Of a DNA stretch of 49,562 nucleotides, positions 21,586-36,039 are shown one piece after another. The notes under the pieces are model-generated. The model had not been told where the DNA came from, ran no database searches, and was given only the letters and a program-made list of their open reading frames with translations. Both the position numbers and the translations under genes were made by a program. The DNA is from Octopus bimaculoides (taxonomy: Eukaryota): positions 45,003,886-45,053,447 of the forward strand of contig NC_068999.1 of the NCBI RefSeq assembly GCF_001194135.2. The letters are read 5' to 3'. Numbering within the stretch: the stretch's first letter is position 1; each line of letters starts with the position of its first letter.

Positions 21586-23306
21586 AGTCAAATTCAAATA
21601 AACACATAAAAAATGAAAAATAAAAAGTAAAACAACAACCGTGAGGACATACACAAGAAGTGTGTAAGCTTGACGCTTGGTGAAAGGAAAGAGCTTAATG
21701 TTTCAAGCATAGCTCTTTGTCAGAAAGGAGAGAGGGAAAAGTCTAAAGAAGGAAGAGAAAAAGAAAATGCCAATGGGCCATGTATAGTTATATTGCTATA
21801 TATATATATATATAGTCCAACTTATGCCAGCATAGACAATGGACTTATGATGATGGTGTGTGTGTGTGTGTGTGTGATTTAATGTATACAGTATATAGTT
21901 TAGTTACAAGCTACTAATAGTTTCATACATTGGAGATATTTTCTTGGCAGGCTTCAATAACATGCCTAGTGTCTCCAAGCAATCTTTAGGTTCTGCACAC
22001 AGGGCTTATGAGTATGTGTGTGCATAGATGTGCATGTGTTAGTGTGTATACATCCCCCATAATTTAGCGGTTTGGCGAAAGAGACCGATAGAATAAGTAC
22101 TGAGGGTGCCGTTGCATGGCCACAATCTAACGACAGATGCAAATGAAAGATTTAAAAGATAAAGATATCCTGATTGAAGAATTTGCATTCAACTCTGAGA
22201 CACTCTACTTTCTACATTAAAAAAAAAAAAAAGCAAAAAAGAAATAATGAATGCCTAGATAAACCCCACCTCCGCTTCCTCCTTAATACTCAACCGAAAC
22301 AACAATCAGATTTATAGAAAATACTTTTAAAAACTAATTATCTAACAAGAGAATATATTTTCGCTCTGTTCTTTCAAAGAGAGTGTGAGTGTGATTGTAA
22401 TCCCTTTATTGGGAAGAGAAGGTATTTCTTACATTCCGCAATCGAACGCTTTAAGTCGCCAACAAGCACATCACACAATGAAACAATTTATTAAACACCA
22501 TAAAGAACAAATTTTATTAAATCATTGTTCGGAAAATAGAAATGATTTACACAAGGCAAGCTTTAAAAAAAAATTTCTCTTGTTTATAAAAGGAAATAAT
22601 ATATTTATAGCCCGAAAGAGTGATACTGCTATCAGAAAATAGCAATGAAAGACAAAAAAAAAAAGAAAAAAAAGAAAAAGAAAGAAAAGAAGCAACAACA
22701 AACAAAAACATCGACAACAATAGTGGGGGAATTATTTAAATAAAACAAAACTGAGCGGAAGGATAAAATGCTTCAGAAGTCTTAGGAAGTTTATTTATTT
22801 TTACCGAATTTTCTCGGCATAAACAATAACAGGGCTGACAAAAGCTGGTCAATTTAAGAATATATGAGAGAGAGAGAGAGAGATAGAATGGGTGGCGGGA
22901 GGGGGGATGTCTTAAATGCCTGCTTAATAATAATAATAGTAAAGTAGAAAGCGAAATACGATACCAAGGAATAAATTAAGGTATAATATCGAAATAGTTG
23001 AAAGAATATGCCATAAAACCTTATAGAATACAAAGGGAGAAAGTAATAAGGAATATAACTGCTTATTTTATTGTATGCTTTTGCTTTCGTTTTGTTGTTA
23101 TTTTTGGGTTTTTTTTCTTTTTCTCTTAAGAAATTCAAAGCAGCAATTAAGGAGGGAAAACAATAGATTTTAAAGCTAAGATAGAGAAAAACCAAGAAGA
23201 AATGGATGGGTTACATAATTTTCACAATAACTATTAAACAATGAAACAATGCACATAGAAAAATCATTCCTTTTATTTATATATAGTTAAATATATATAT
23301 AGTTAA

Positions 23307-23341
<35 letters not shown>

Positions 23342-23651
23342 CACACACACATATACATACAAACAAGAGGAATGGAACTTGATACATAATGTAGAGTGTG
23401 TATGTACGACGGTATGTATGTATGTAGATTTATAAGCTGCAAAGCTACTTGAGTGACACAAACGCCCACCTTCAGGAGACATCAAACTAATATCAGCATG
23501 ATAAGTTCTATTTTCTGTTGACCATGTTGCTTCACCCCCCCCACACACACACATGTTTTTGATAGACATGAAGGATAAAATCACGTTAATGATTAAATCA
23601 GGTAGTTAGCATGAAATAAAAATTTAAAGGTAATTTATATATCAAATTAAT

Positions 23652-23990
23652 NNNNNNNNNNNNNNNNNNNNNNNNNNNNNNNNNNNNNNNNNNNNNNNNN
23701 NNNNNNNNNNNNNNNNNNNNNNNNNNNNNNNNNNNNNNNNNNNNNNNNNNNNNNNNNNNNNNNNNNNNNNNNNNNNNNNNNNNNNNNNNNNNNNNNNNNN
23801 NNNNNNNNNNNNNNNNNNNNNNNNNNNNNNNNNNNNNNNNNNNNNNNNNNNNNNNNNNNNNNNNNNNNNNNNNNNNNNNNNNNNNNNNNNNNNNNNNNNN
23901 NNNNNNNNNNNNNNNNNNNNNNNNNNNNNNNNNNNNNNNNNNNNNNNNNNNNNNNNNNNNNNNNNNNNNNNNNNNNNNNNNNNNNNNNNT
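23652..23990. other. Assembly gap
   Basis: N run. Confidence 1.
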
Positions 23991-24186
23991 ATATATATAT
24001 GGAGAATTCACAAAAAAAACAACAGACGAAGACAGGTAGTGTAGAAAACAAATGGATGTATTAGTATAACACTCGGGAATTGAAAAAGTCTTTAACGTTT
24101 CGTGCCTACGCTCTTCCACAGAAAATAACACAGAAAGAAACAAGGAGAGAAAAAAAATGTGTGTATTGGTTAGCAATATTATATAT

Positions 24187-24255
24187 CAGTCCTCAGTCAA
24201 ATCGTCCAACCCATGCTAGCATGGAAAGCGGACGTTAAACGATGATGATGATGAT
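24187..24255 (+). mobile_element. Extremely 5'-truncated young RTE insertion (~70 bp) in (TA)n
   Basis: Identical to the 15488-15555 tail including (GAT)n. Confidence 0.9.
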
Positions 24256-24399
24256 ATATATATATATATTGCTGTTCATGAGAAAATAAGGACCTCGCTT
24301 GAAAACAGATGAGGGTTGGTGACAGGGAATGCATCTGGCAGCAGAAAGATCTTCTTCAATGTATTCTGTCTGACCCTTGCCACTAAGGAAAAGTGGACA

Positions 24400-24593
24400 A
24401 TGAATATGTGTGTGTGTGAAAGAGAAAGAGAGACAGAGACAATGTGTGAGGTTGAAGAGAGTGTGTGTCTATGTGAGAGAGACTGGATGAGCAAGGGGGT
24501 GTGTGTGTGTGAGAGAGAAAGAGAGAAAGACAGGGACAGAGACAATGTGTGGGAGTGACAAGAGAGCGTGTATGTAAGAGAGGTTGAATGAGC

Positions 24594-24654
<61 letters not shown>

Positions 24655-25279
24655 NNNNNNNNNNNNNNNNNNNNNNNNNNNNNNNNNNNNNNNNNNNNNN
24701 NNNNNNNNNNNNNNNNNNNNNNNNNNNNNNNNNNNNNNNNNNNNTGTGTGTGCGCATCTGCATCATGTAGAGAATAAGGAATATCACTGTGGTACACTGT
24801 GTCTATGTATTTGGAGGTTTAGATTTTTTTTTTTTTTTTTTGATTTCCTGAAATCAAATGGCCTGATGAATGTGTGGGTGCATTGGGTCCATAGATGTCA
24901 ATATAGATTTGAATATCTGTCATTGTGTGTGTGTGTGTGTGTGAGAGAGAAAGATAGAGAGAGAATCTATGCGTGTGATGGCTGGCTAGTTAGATAAGGA
25001 GTGAAAAAAAAGAGACAGGAAATGTGAGTTTGAGAGAGAGAGAGAGAGAGTGATTGTGTGAGTGAGAAAGAGAGGAATGAAGAGTCTATGAGTGGGAGTA
25101 AGAGAAAGAAAGTGCGAAGGAGAGAGAGAGAGAGAGAGATTAAGAAAGAAAGAGAGGAATGGAGAGAGCATGGGCAAGATAGAATGAGAGACAGAGAAAG
25201 ATAGAAAGGGGGAGAGATAGTATGTTCGTATGTGTGAGAAAGAGAAATGGAGAGAGTTAGCATGTGACAGAATGAGAAC

Positions 25280-25312
<33 letters not shown>

Positions 25313-25385
25313 GGGAGAGAGAAAGATGGAGAGAGTTAGCATGTGACAGAATGAGAAGAGAAAGAGAGAGAGGTGAGTAGGCAGA
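24400..25385. repeat. (GT)n/(GA)n-rich low-complexity tract with a gap at 24655-24744
   Basis: Read directly; includes a ~35-bp direct duplication (atggagagagttagcatgtgacagaatgagaa). Confidence 0.85.
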
Positions 25386-25962
25386 CAAACAGACAGAGTG
25401 TGTAAGATTTACTCTTTTTTTTGTGTTCTGATTATATTATAAGAAGAAAATGGAAGAAAACAGCAGATAGACAGCTGAATGGACACCAAACAAGCAGAAA
25501 TATGAATTCAAGAGAAAAGCATTTTTTTCCTGTTCTTTTTATCCAGAATTATCATCAGTAAAGCAAGGATTTGAAATACTTTCATTTATTTTTACTTAAT
25601 ATTTAATTATTACTTTTGATATTTTTTGCTTTGGTTGGTTGGATATTTTTTCTCTTTTTCTTTTATATTTAAATTACATCAGTTTATGACAACTTACAAA
25701 AATGGAGCAGAAAACTTTTCAAGCAAGTTTTGTCCTTTTTTAAACAATTTTTTTTTCACATCTCTCTCTCTTTCACTCTCTTCTTTTCTTTCTATCTTCT
25801 CTACCTTGAAAATACATGACAAGGAAGTTGATGACTACATTAGAAAACACGACCATCTCAAAAATGGCCACTCACCCAGTTAGAGAGCATTTTTAATTCT
25901 ATTGTAAATTTAAAAAAGGGAAAAAAATATAGTTCCTTACATTTTTGCACCTATCTCAATAT

Positions 25963-26254
25963 TCTTTTCTACTCTAGACACAAGGCCTGAAATTTTGGGA
26001 AAGGGGGCTAGTCGATTAGATCGACCCCAGTACGCAACTGGTACTTAATTTATCGACCCCAAAAGGATGAAAGGCAAAGAGTTGACCTTGGCGGAATTTG
26101 AACTTAAACCATAAAAACAGACAAAATACTGCTAAGCATTTTGCCTGGCCTGCTAATGTTTCTGCCAGCTCGCTGCCTTAAAAAATATAGTATAGGCACA
26201 AGGCCAGAAATTTTGGGGGAAGGAGCAAGTCAATTATATCGACCCCAGTACGCA
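25963..26254 (-). mobile_element. SINE family A full copy plus an adjacent partial 3' copy
   Basis: Colinear with 9601-9815; second tail at 26190-26254. Confidence 0.9.
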
Positions 26255-26624
26255 ATATATATATATGTATGTGTATATATATATATATATTATATATGTA
26301 TATTATATATATATATATTATATATGTATATTATATATATATATATTATATATGTATATTATATATATATATATTATATATGTATATTATATNNNNNNNN
26401 NNNNNNNNNNNNNNNNNNNNNNNNNNNNNNNNTATATATGTATGTATGTATGTATAAATGTATACATACACACACACATATATATATGTATGTATGTATG
26501 TATAACTGTATACATACACACACACATATATATATGTATGTATGTATATATGTATACATACACACATACATACATATATATATATATACATATATATATA
26601 CATGTACATACATACATACATATA

Positions 26625-26657
<33 letters not shown>
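26255..26657. repeat. (TA)n-based minisatellite/microsatellite
   Basis: Read directly; gap at 26393-26432. Confidence 0.95.
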
Positions 26658-26658
<1 letters not shown>

Positions 26659-26852
26659 TTCATTTCAACAGACTAAAAATCATAATTTATAAATGCAAAT
26701 TTAATGCATAAATTTGTAATTAATTTAATGAGTACAAATGGAAACAGCTGTAGGAAGAAATGATCATCAATTTATTAATAAATAAGTATTAACCAACAAC
26801 TCCCTATTTTCTTCTCTTAATTATATATATATATGTATGTATGTATGTATAA

Positions 26853-27120
26853 AGACTCCCTTTGGTCACGAATGACCATGGGATTGCACCTAGAAAGTTC
26901 CTCTCTAAGGCACAAGTCCAGGCAAGGTTGTTTATGGAAGGCCAGTAGTAACCCATGCATACCGGCCTCCCCTTTCCACGCCACTGATGTTATCCAAGGG
27001 AAAGGCAAAGGGGCCGATACAACTCGGCACCAATGATGCTGCAACTCATTTCTACAGCTGAGTGAACTGGAGCAACATGAAATAAAGTGTCTTGCTCAAG
27101 AACGCAACACACGGCCTCGG
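26853..27120 (-). mobile_element. SINE family E (head truncated)
   Basis: Homologous to 37765-38050. Confidence 0.8.
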
Positions 27121-28493
27121 AGGGGGACTTTCTAGGTGCAATCCTATGGTCACTCACGACTGAAGGTTTTTTTTACTCTTTACCCTTTTATTTTAAGCAG
27201 GACGTTTGTATCACTGAATCAAGGTTGATCTCAAACAGGTCGAACCAAATTTCAAACAGGTTGGTCTCAAATGGATTAAATTGTTTGATACCAAACCACC
27301 TGAGACTACCTCTGGTTTTATGATACAAAACTTTGCACTTTATATTTTGAAGTACTTGTATTTAGATTTTAAAATTAAAGTTTTTTTACATTATAATTTA
27401 ATGTAAGAATCTTCTGTTAACTTATCTTGCAGCATCAGTTTAATGTTGGGGAAAAGCAAAAAAAGAAAAGAGATAAAAAATTAGTTATTTAACAGAATCC
27501 TTTCAAATTGTTCATTATTTTGGTAAAATTAATTGAAAATCTTTGGCAGTGAATTCCATTTGAAATGAGATCCTGAAATAGTGAAACCTCAACAAATAAC
27601 TGTGTAGAATTAAAGAGAAGACAAAAAAAAAAACTGCCAGAAACGAGAGAGACCTAATTAATTGCTTTGCAATATTTTACTTCTCTTAAGAATCTGTATT
27701 TAAATTCTACTTCACCTTTCGTTCAAGCAGTAATTCTGGTACTCCATAGTTGTGGTGGTGGTGGTGGTGGTTGCAGTGTAAAAAAAAAGTACCAGTAATG
27801 CATGTGGGGCTAAATCAGTCACCCACTTCAAAATTTGTCCTCATATGCCATGTCAAAAGAAATCAATGTCTGTGTGAATGTCTAATTTCTTTGACTAGAG
27901 ATATTGGAATTGGTTAATGTAGGAATGATTGCAAGAAGAATTCTTCCCAAAGAAAAAAAAAAATGAAAAATTATTAAAAAAATAAATACATAAAAGGAAA
28001 CCATATGCTTCTTTCCTTTTTTTTGTTTTTGATAATTTTTTTTGTTTTCGCTATCATTATGTCTGTTTCTGACTCTCTGTCTCTGTCTCCTCTCTAATTT
28101 CTCTTTTCCTCTCTCTCTCTCTCTTCCTCTTTCTCTCTGCCTCCCACTCTCTCTCTCTCTCACACACACAGCAAGACCTGAATGCTGACATAAAAACATA
28201 CTGACAAAAAAATGAAGAAGCGAATCATGGAGAAATGACAACCACAGTAGACGGGTGACGGCGGCAGACGGAGAGGGCAGGAGATATCCAGGTTAAATAC
28301 AAGTGGCTCTTATTTCACTGCATCAAAACAACAGCTTTCCTCTGGTTTGACATATCATAAAATGAGAATCAATGGAGGCAAGAGATAGCTCTTCTGATAA
28401 TGCATTCCTTCTGCCTGTCAACTGCATATTGAGGCATCAATTCTAGGAACACATGGAGAGCAAAGAACCATGCAGTCAAAAAATAATTTTTTT

Positions 28494-28528
<35 letters not shown>

Positions 28529-28936
28529 AATAAACAAACAATGAGAGACAGACAGACAGACTGAGGAAGAGAGAGACAACGAAGAACTAGATTCTGGTGC
28601 AAGACTAAAGCATGCATATGAAGAAGAAATTCTTATGAATATAATTGCATAACATTGCATGCATAGACGCACCGGCAGGGGAAACAGGTAGAGTTACATG
28701 CAAATAATAAAATACGTGCATGTTTTACATGTATAAATGTATATGAATGGCAGGGTGGTCATGGCCGGGATGGGCGTATATCCATTCCTCCCCATCAACC
28801 TTGCCAACATGGGTTAAAGGGTTTCTGGAAATATAAAGTATTTGCATAATGTTGGAGCAATTGGGATTAGTTGGGGCTTTGGGTTTTTTTTTTTTTACTT
28901 CCCTGCTTGAACAGTGTAATGGCTTTTCTACTGTTT

Positions 28937-29190
28937 AACCCCTTTATTGCAATATTCCTGTTGAAATATGTTGAAAATAATGAAGAATTTATTTAAAATT
29001 TTGATGGAAAGTTTTAATTTAGATCACCAGGTGTTGGAATTAAAAGGGTTAGTAACCCTTTAGCACTTAGACCAGCCATATCCAGCCAAAATACTCTACC
29101 TGTGTTCAAACTGGCCAGATCTGGCCTCTCACACCTATCCTGCAATGTCATTCTAAAAATAAACAATCAAATCATCGAAAATCTCAAAAA
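28937..29190 (+). mobile_element. Adjacent piggyBac-like MITE remnants (deleted family 1 followed by family 2)
   Basis: ttaaccccttt...aaaagggttag followed by taaccctttagcac...; homologous to 13435-13654 and 1520-1650. Confidence 0.6.
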
Positions 29191-29254
29191 GTAAAGATAG
29201 CAGAGAAAGAAAAAAACACGTCTGCTCATTTAAACGTCCGTGCACACATACATA

Positions 29255-29422
29255 CATATATATATACGATGGGCTTCTTTCAGTTTCCGTCTACCAAATC
29301 CACTCACAAAGCTTTGGTCAGCCCAAGGCTATAGTAGAAGACACTTGCCCAAGGTGCCACGCAGTAGGACTGAACCCAGAACCATGTGATTGGTAAGCAA
29401 GCTACTTACCACACAGCCACTT
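29255..29422 (-). mobile_element. SINE family B, 5' half
   Basis: Close reverse-complement match to 15648-15810. Confidence 0.9.
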
Positions 29423-29698
29423 CTATGATTTTATTCAACATATTCTCCTCTCAGTCTTTCAGTTTTTCTAAGCCTTCTAAAAGAACTAGGAAGGCTGGGC
29501 CTCCAACCAGGCCCCTTGCGATACTCTTAAAGTCAGGAATTTTTCAGCAGCCCTTTGTACACATGCAGACATATGCAAACACACACACACACACACACAC
29601 AGATGTAAAACATATAAACACACACACACACACACACACACACAAAACACAGACATAAGGCACACAGATGGAGAGAGACACAACAGACAACACTGCCC

Positions 29699-29857
29699 TG
29701 TCACAGAATAACGGAATAGCTGTTGTTTGGAATCAATTAATCTTGCTATCAACGAGAATGAGGTAAAACCATGTCACAGAATAACAAAACAACAGAACAG
29801 CGGAATAGCTGTTGTTTGGAATCAATTAATCTTGCTATCGACGAGAATGAGGTAAAA
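29699..29857. repeat. Recent tandem duplication (57-bp core, one mismatch)
   Basis: 29712-29768 versus 29801-29857. Confidence 0.95.
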
Positions 29858-30539
29858 ATTGCAGCGTAATTTTGGTGTAACTCGTCAGCAAGTCAATTCT
29901 TTTTATAGCATCAGTAGCACAGAGGAAATGGGAAGTTGACAGTGGAATAATTGTCTTGTAACTATTGGTAATTATCGCTTCATCCAGATTGTTGTTGAAT
30001 CGAATCTATTTCAGCCGTGAAAATGTTGTAAATGTGAGCCAGGCTAATGAGAGATTCTTGCAATACGAAGTCTTTGAGACACACCCAGTCTTTCCACCCA
30101 ACCCAACCCCACCTCTCTCTCTCTCTCTTTAGCGTTTCCAGTCATTTCTTGACCTGTGAAATGCTCTAAACACCCCCAAGCCCTTTTAAGTTGGAATTTC
30201 TTCATAATCAAATTTGAATTCAATTTTATTTCATGTGTGAATGTGTGAATGTGCATGTGTGTGTGTGTGTGTATGTGTATGCATACATGTGTGTGTGTGT
30301 GTGTGTGTGGGTGTGTGTGTGTGTGTGTGTATGTATGTGTACATATGAGAAAGAGAAAACAAAAAGAGAAAATGTGAGGTGGGATTGGGGAAAAAAAATA
30401 TGGGTGACATTTCCATGTACTTTTGCTAATAACTAAAATTGAGAACAATTTTCATTTTTTATTTTAGAAATATGTTTACAAATTAATCAGTAATTTTCTC
30501 AGTTGTGATTATGCCTTTTCATTTAAATTATTATTTCTA

Positions 30540-30566
30540 TTTAGATATCATATTTATATTTTCATA

Positions 30567-30598
<32 letters not shown>

Positions 30599-31500
30599 TA
30601 CACATCATTTCTATCTTGATATCATTTCTAATTTAAATATTGTTTTATTTAAATAGTATTTGCATTTTGATATCATTTTTAGATTATTTCTATTTCGATA
30701 TCATTTCTGTTTCAACATCATTTTATCACAACATCATTACTATTTAGATATCACTTCTGTTTGGGTATCATTCTGCTTAGATATCATTTCTACTTGGATA
30801 TCATTATATTAAAATATCATTTCTGTTTGAATTTCATTGTTAAAATATTTCCATTTGAATATCATTCTGTGAAAACATCATCTCTGTTTGGATACCATTC
30901 AGTTTAGATATCATTTCTATATGGATATCATTATATTAAAGTATCATTTCTATCTAGATATAATTCTGTAAAGATATCATTTCTATTTGGATATCATTAT
31001 ATGACAATATCATTTCTACTTCTTCATTATATAAAGATACCATTTTCTGAAAATATCATTTCCATTTAGATACCATCTTATTGACATATTTCCAAATAAT
31101 TAACATTTCCATGAAAATGTCAGTACTATATAGTCATCATTTCCATTAGAATATCATTGCAATTTAGATATCATTTTTATTGATATATCATTCCTATTCA
31201 GAAATCAATTCTACTAACATACCATTACTGTTTACATAAGTTTTGTATTTCCCTGTCATTTCCATTTAAACATTATTTCTGCTGATAGATCATTCCCATT
31301 TAGATATCATTTCTATTCAGATATCATTTCAATTTATGACATTATTATTTAGATACTTACATGTAATTTCAATGCAGATATCACTTTTTAAATATTTCTA
31401 TTTCGATATCACTTGTTTTGATATTATTTCTTTGTACAATATCATATTTTTGAGATATTATTTCTATATCGATATCGTTTGTCTTATTTAGATACCATAC
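30540..31500. repeat. Degenerate GATATCATT minisatellite with alternating 17/16-bp monomers (33-bp higher-order unit)
   Basis: gatatcatttctatttg|gatatcattatattaa alternation is clear at 30780-31020. Confidence 0.9.
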
Positions 31501-31524
31501 TAGCAGAATCATTAATGTGTGTTA

Positions 31525-31715
31525 AGGTGGTGGGCAGCCAGAAATGTTAGCCCGCCAGGCAAACTGCTTAGTGGTATTTTGTCTGTCTTTACGTTCTGAG
31601 TTCAAATTCAGCTGAGGTCAACTTTGCCTTTCATCCTTTCGGGGTCGATAAATTAAATACCAGTTGTGTACTGGAATTGATCTAATCGACTGGCCCCTCC
31701 CACCAAAATTTCGCA
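31525..31715 (+). mobile_element. SINE family A
   Basis: ttctgagttcaaat...gcctttcatcctttcggggtcgataaattaa. Confidence 0.85.
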
Positions 31716-31979
31716 AAAATATGACAGTTCTGGGAACTTGGTCTGGTGTGTGTGTGTGTGTGTGTGTAAATCAACTAATAAAAAAAAAACTGTCAAAAAG
31801 CTATGGGAATCTCCTGACTGTGATACAAAATACTAATTGGCTGCCCAGTTGCTCAGCTAATGTGACCATGTACCATGTGACAAGGAGGTCATCAAATGCA
31901 CTTCTTAGATGACCTACAGGAATCAGTCCAGAAATACTGTTAATTGGGTGGTCAGGCAGAGTCAGATCAGAGAACAAAA

Positions 31980-32700
<721 letters not shown>

Positions 32701-33212
32701 AAATAGGGAGGTGGGGAAGATAGAATGTGGGGAAGCAGGACAGATTGGTGGGCACAGACTGAATAAACTGCGAAGTATGATTGTTCGGTTAGACCCCTGT
32801 CTTTTTTCCCCCTCTTCCCACCACTATCACTCTCTTTTTCTCTCATCTCTCCCTCCCTCCCTCTATTTTCTATAGCAAAGTTCCTAATTACACACACGTC
32901 CGCCTGTCTGCCTGTCTCCTGGCTTCACATGTGGCAAGTCTATTATCGGCCCACCTTGCTGACAGTAATTCACCATTACATGGACGGTTACCCAACATTA
33001 TTACATCCTTACAATGGCCTCTGCCACAAACCCTTTGATGTCAACGATAAAAAGAGAACACTAGATAAGTGAGTGTGTGTGTATGTGTACGAGCGCATAG
33101 ATTCAGTGACATCCATGTAGGTTTATGCATCTATGAATATGTGTGTGCTTGTATACACACACACACATATATATATATATATAAATTTATATATACGTGT
33201 ATAGATATATAG

Positions 33213-33245
<33 letters not shown>

Positions 33246-33350
33246 AACAAACATTCCTGTTTGCACTGTATATATATATATGTATGTATGTGTGTGTGTA
33301 TATATATGTATGTGTGTGTGTGTATNNNNNNNNNNNNNNNNNNNNNNNNN

Positions 33351-33396
<46 letters not shown>

Positions 33397-33592
33397 GCCT
33401 GTCAACAGTGTATGTTGGTTATCTTGGCATCAGAAGCAGCTGGAGATACGACAGTTTGACCAAAAGAACTGGTTATTGCAAGCAAAAATAAATATTGGAA
33501 ACCCACATTTGGCCAAATTTGGACATACAACAATTTAACATAATAGTAACAATATGTGTGTGTGTATGTTTGTGTGTGTATATGTGTATGTG

Positions 33593-33647
<55 letters not shown>

Positions 33648-33971
33648 ATAAAAGAGCCGCCAGTTGTTTGGCAATTCCAATAGTTGAAAGAGTTGGCAGA
33701 TTCTACCTGAAGGGGACGAATTACCATCTGATTTATTAAACCGAGGAAAAACCGCTGCAGACCATAATATTTCAGGAGTGAGACAAACGTTCGCAGAAGC
33801 ATTGTCTTGGACAATGGCTGGTGTAAGGTAAATGGAGTTGCCTGGTGGGGGGTGGGGGGTGGGGGTCTGGAACTTGGGATGGTTCTTTGACTGCAGCTGT
33901 TGGAATGCACAATGACAATGCATACATATGCACTTTTACATCAATCTATGTACTTCTCTCTCTCTGTATGA

Positions 33972-34022
<51 letters not shown>

Positions 34023-34143
34023 CACATTCATACATACATATATATATACAGACATATATATGTGTGTGTGTGTGTATTTATATATGTGTGTATAATTATA
34101 TATATATATATATATACATATATATATACACATGCATATGTAT

Positions 34144-34189
<46 letters not shown>

Positions 34190-34794
34190 NNNNNNNNNNN
34201 NNNNNNNNNNNNNNNNNNNNNNNNNNNNNNNNNNNNNNNNNNNNNNNNNNNNNNNNNNNNNNNNNNNNNNNNNNNNNNNNNNNNNNNNNNNNNNNNNNNN
34301 NNNNNNNNNNNNNNNNNNNNNNNNNNNNNNNNNNNNNNNNNNNNNNNNNNNNNNNNNNNNNNNNNNNNNNNNNNNNNNNNNNNNNNNNNNNNNNNNNNNN
34401 NNNNNNNNNNNNNNNNNNNNNNNNNNNNNNNNNNNNNNNNNNNNNNNNNNNNNNNNNNNNNNNNNNNNNNNNNNNNNNNNNNNNNNNNNNNNNNNNNNNN
34501 NNNNNNNNNNNNNNNNNNNNNNNNNNNNNNNNNNNNNNNNNNNNNNNNNNNNNNNNNNNNNNNNNNNNNNNNNNNNNNNNNNNNNNNNNNNNNNNNNNNN
34601 NNNNNNNNNNNNNNNNNNNNNNNNNNNNNNNNNNNNNNNNNNNNNNNNNNNNNNNNNNNNNNNNNNNNNNNNNNNNNNNNNNNNNNNNNNNNNNNNNNNN
34701 NNNNNNNNNNNNNNNNNNNNNNNNNNNNNNNNNNNNNNNNNNNNNNNNNNNNNNNNNNNNNNNNNNNNNNNNNNNNNNNNNNNNNNNNNNNNNN
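34190..34794. other. Assembly gap
   Basis: N run. Confidence 1.
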
Positions 34795-35724
34795 TTTTTT
34801 TTTTTTTTTTTTCTTTTCTGTAACGAAAGTTGCCTTGATAAAACAGAGGACGTGCCTAGTATAAGGAATAGCTCAGCTGAAAATTCCATGGTTAGGAGTC
34901 TGTCAGAACTACGCAGAACACTGTACACCATTAAATATGTCACTAAATGGCAAAAGTTGGATATTAAAGTAATTGAAGAACGAGCTGTGTGTAGCAATGA
35001 AAAGGATGTCTGTTGTTGAGATATAAATTAATTGGTGAGATAGACAGAGCAACAGAGGTGGACTGGTGAAAAATCAATAGCAGAAGAAGACGACGACGAC
35101 GACGACGAAGAAGAAGAAGAAGAACGAAGAAGATTTTCAAGAACAATAAGGGATCTTCCATTGAAGAATTGAAGAATGGTAAACGTGGAAGTGGAGCAGA
35201 GTGGATATTTGTTTGATATTAAAAATAGTGCAGTTGTCTAAATGAAGAGGAAATATGATGGCAATGAAAAGGTAAAAGAGGCTAATAATGCCAGTTTGTG
35301 AAGAATGCTACAGTAACAAACCTTATAGAATTTGACAGTGAAGACAGATCCGGAATGTGGCAAATGAAGATTGGTCGTGAAGTTGATTAGAATGCTTTCT
35401 AATAAAATGTCCAACTCACTGAATGCAAGCATTATGGTTAAGCTATCCTTCATAGAAATTGGAATAAATTTTTCCTTTATTGCAGAGCCTTGAAGGAAGA
35501 GTATAGTGAAAAGTCAAAATTCCAACTGCAGCTTTCAGAGACACAGTTTTGGACGAGTTGAGTGATTCTGTTTCTCTCAGTCCACTTAACTGAATTTAGT
35601 TACCAGCGTCTCTTCTCAGTCGAACAATATCTGAATCGCTATAAAAGCTGTGTGCAAATATGTAACTGTAACTATTCAACAGGATACACAACATCATAGA
35701 ACCATTTAAACTATGAAATCTTGA

Positions 35725-35960
35725 ATCATCATCATTATCATCGTTTAACGTCTGTTTTCCATGCTGGCATGGGTTGGATGGTTTGACTGGGGTCTGGCAA
35801 GCCAGGAGGCTGCACCAGGCTCCAATCTGATCTGGCAATGTTTCTACAGCTGCATGCCTTTCCTAACGCCAACCACTCCAAGACTCTAGTGGGTGCTTTT
35901 TACGAATCACTGGCACAGGAGCCAGATGGGGCAAGGGGGCTGGCATCGACCATGCTGGAA
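35725..35960 (-). mobile_element. RTE 3'-UTR/tail copy
   Basis: Reverse complement of the tail: (atc)n gtttaacgtctgttttccatgctggcatgggttgg. Confidence 0.85.
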
Positions 35961-36039
35961 TAGAACATGAATAAAATTGCAGTCATCCATACATACATGT
36001 TTGTCCTTTACTGATGTCAGTGCCACGCAAAATGCACTC

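Noticed and set aside
25505-25560. Minus-strand CTGATGA...GAAA
   Set aside because: No stem I complementarity; A/T-run coincidence.
28698-28847. Inverted octamer pair ATGCAAAT/ATTTGCAT as an snRNA or POU enhancer
   Set aside because: The octamer recurs several times elsewhere in this AT-rich window, and no snRNA body is present.
34805-35170. ORF after gap and D/E-rich (GAC/GAA)n stretch
   Set aside because: Trinucleotide microsatellite flanked by stops; no domain recognised.
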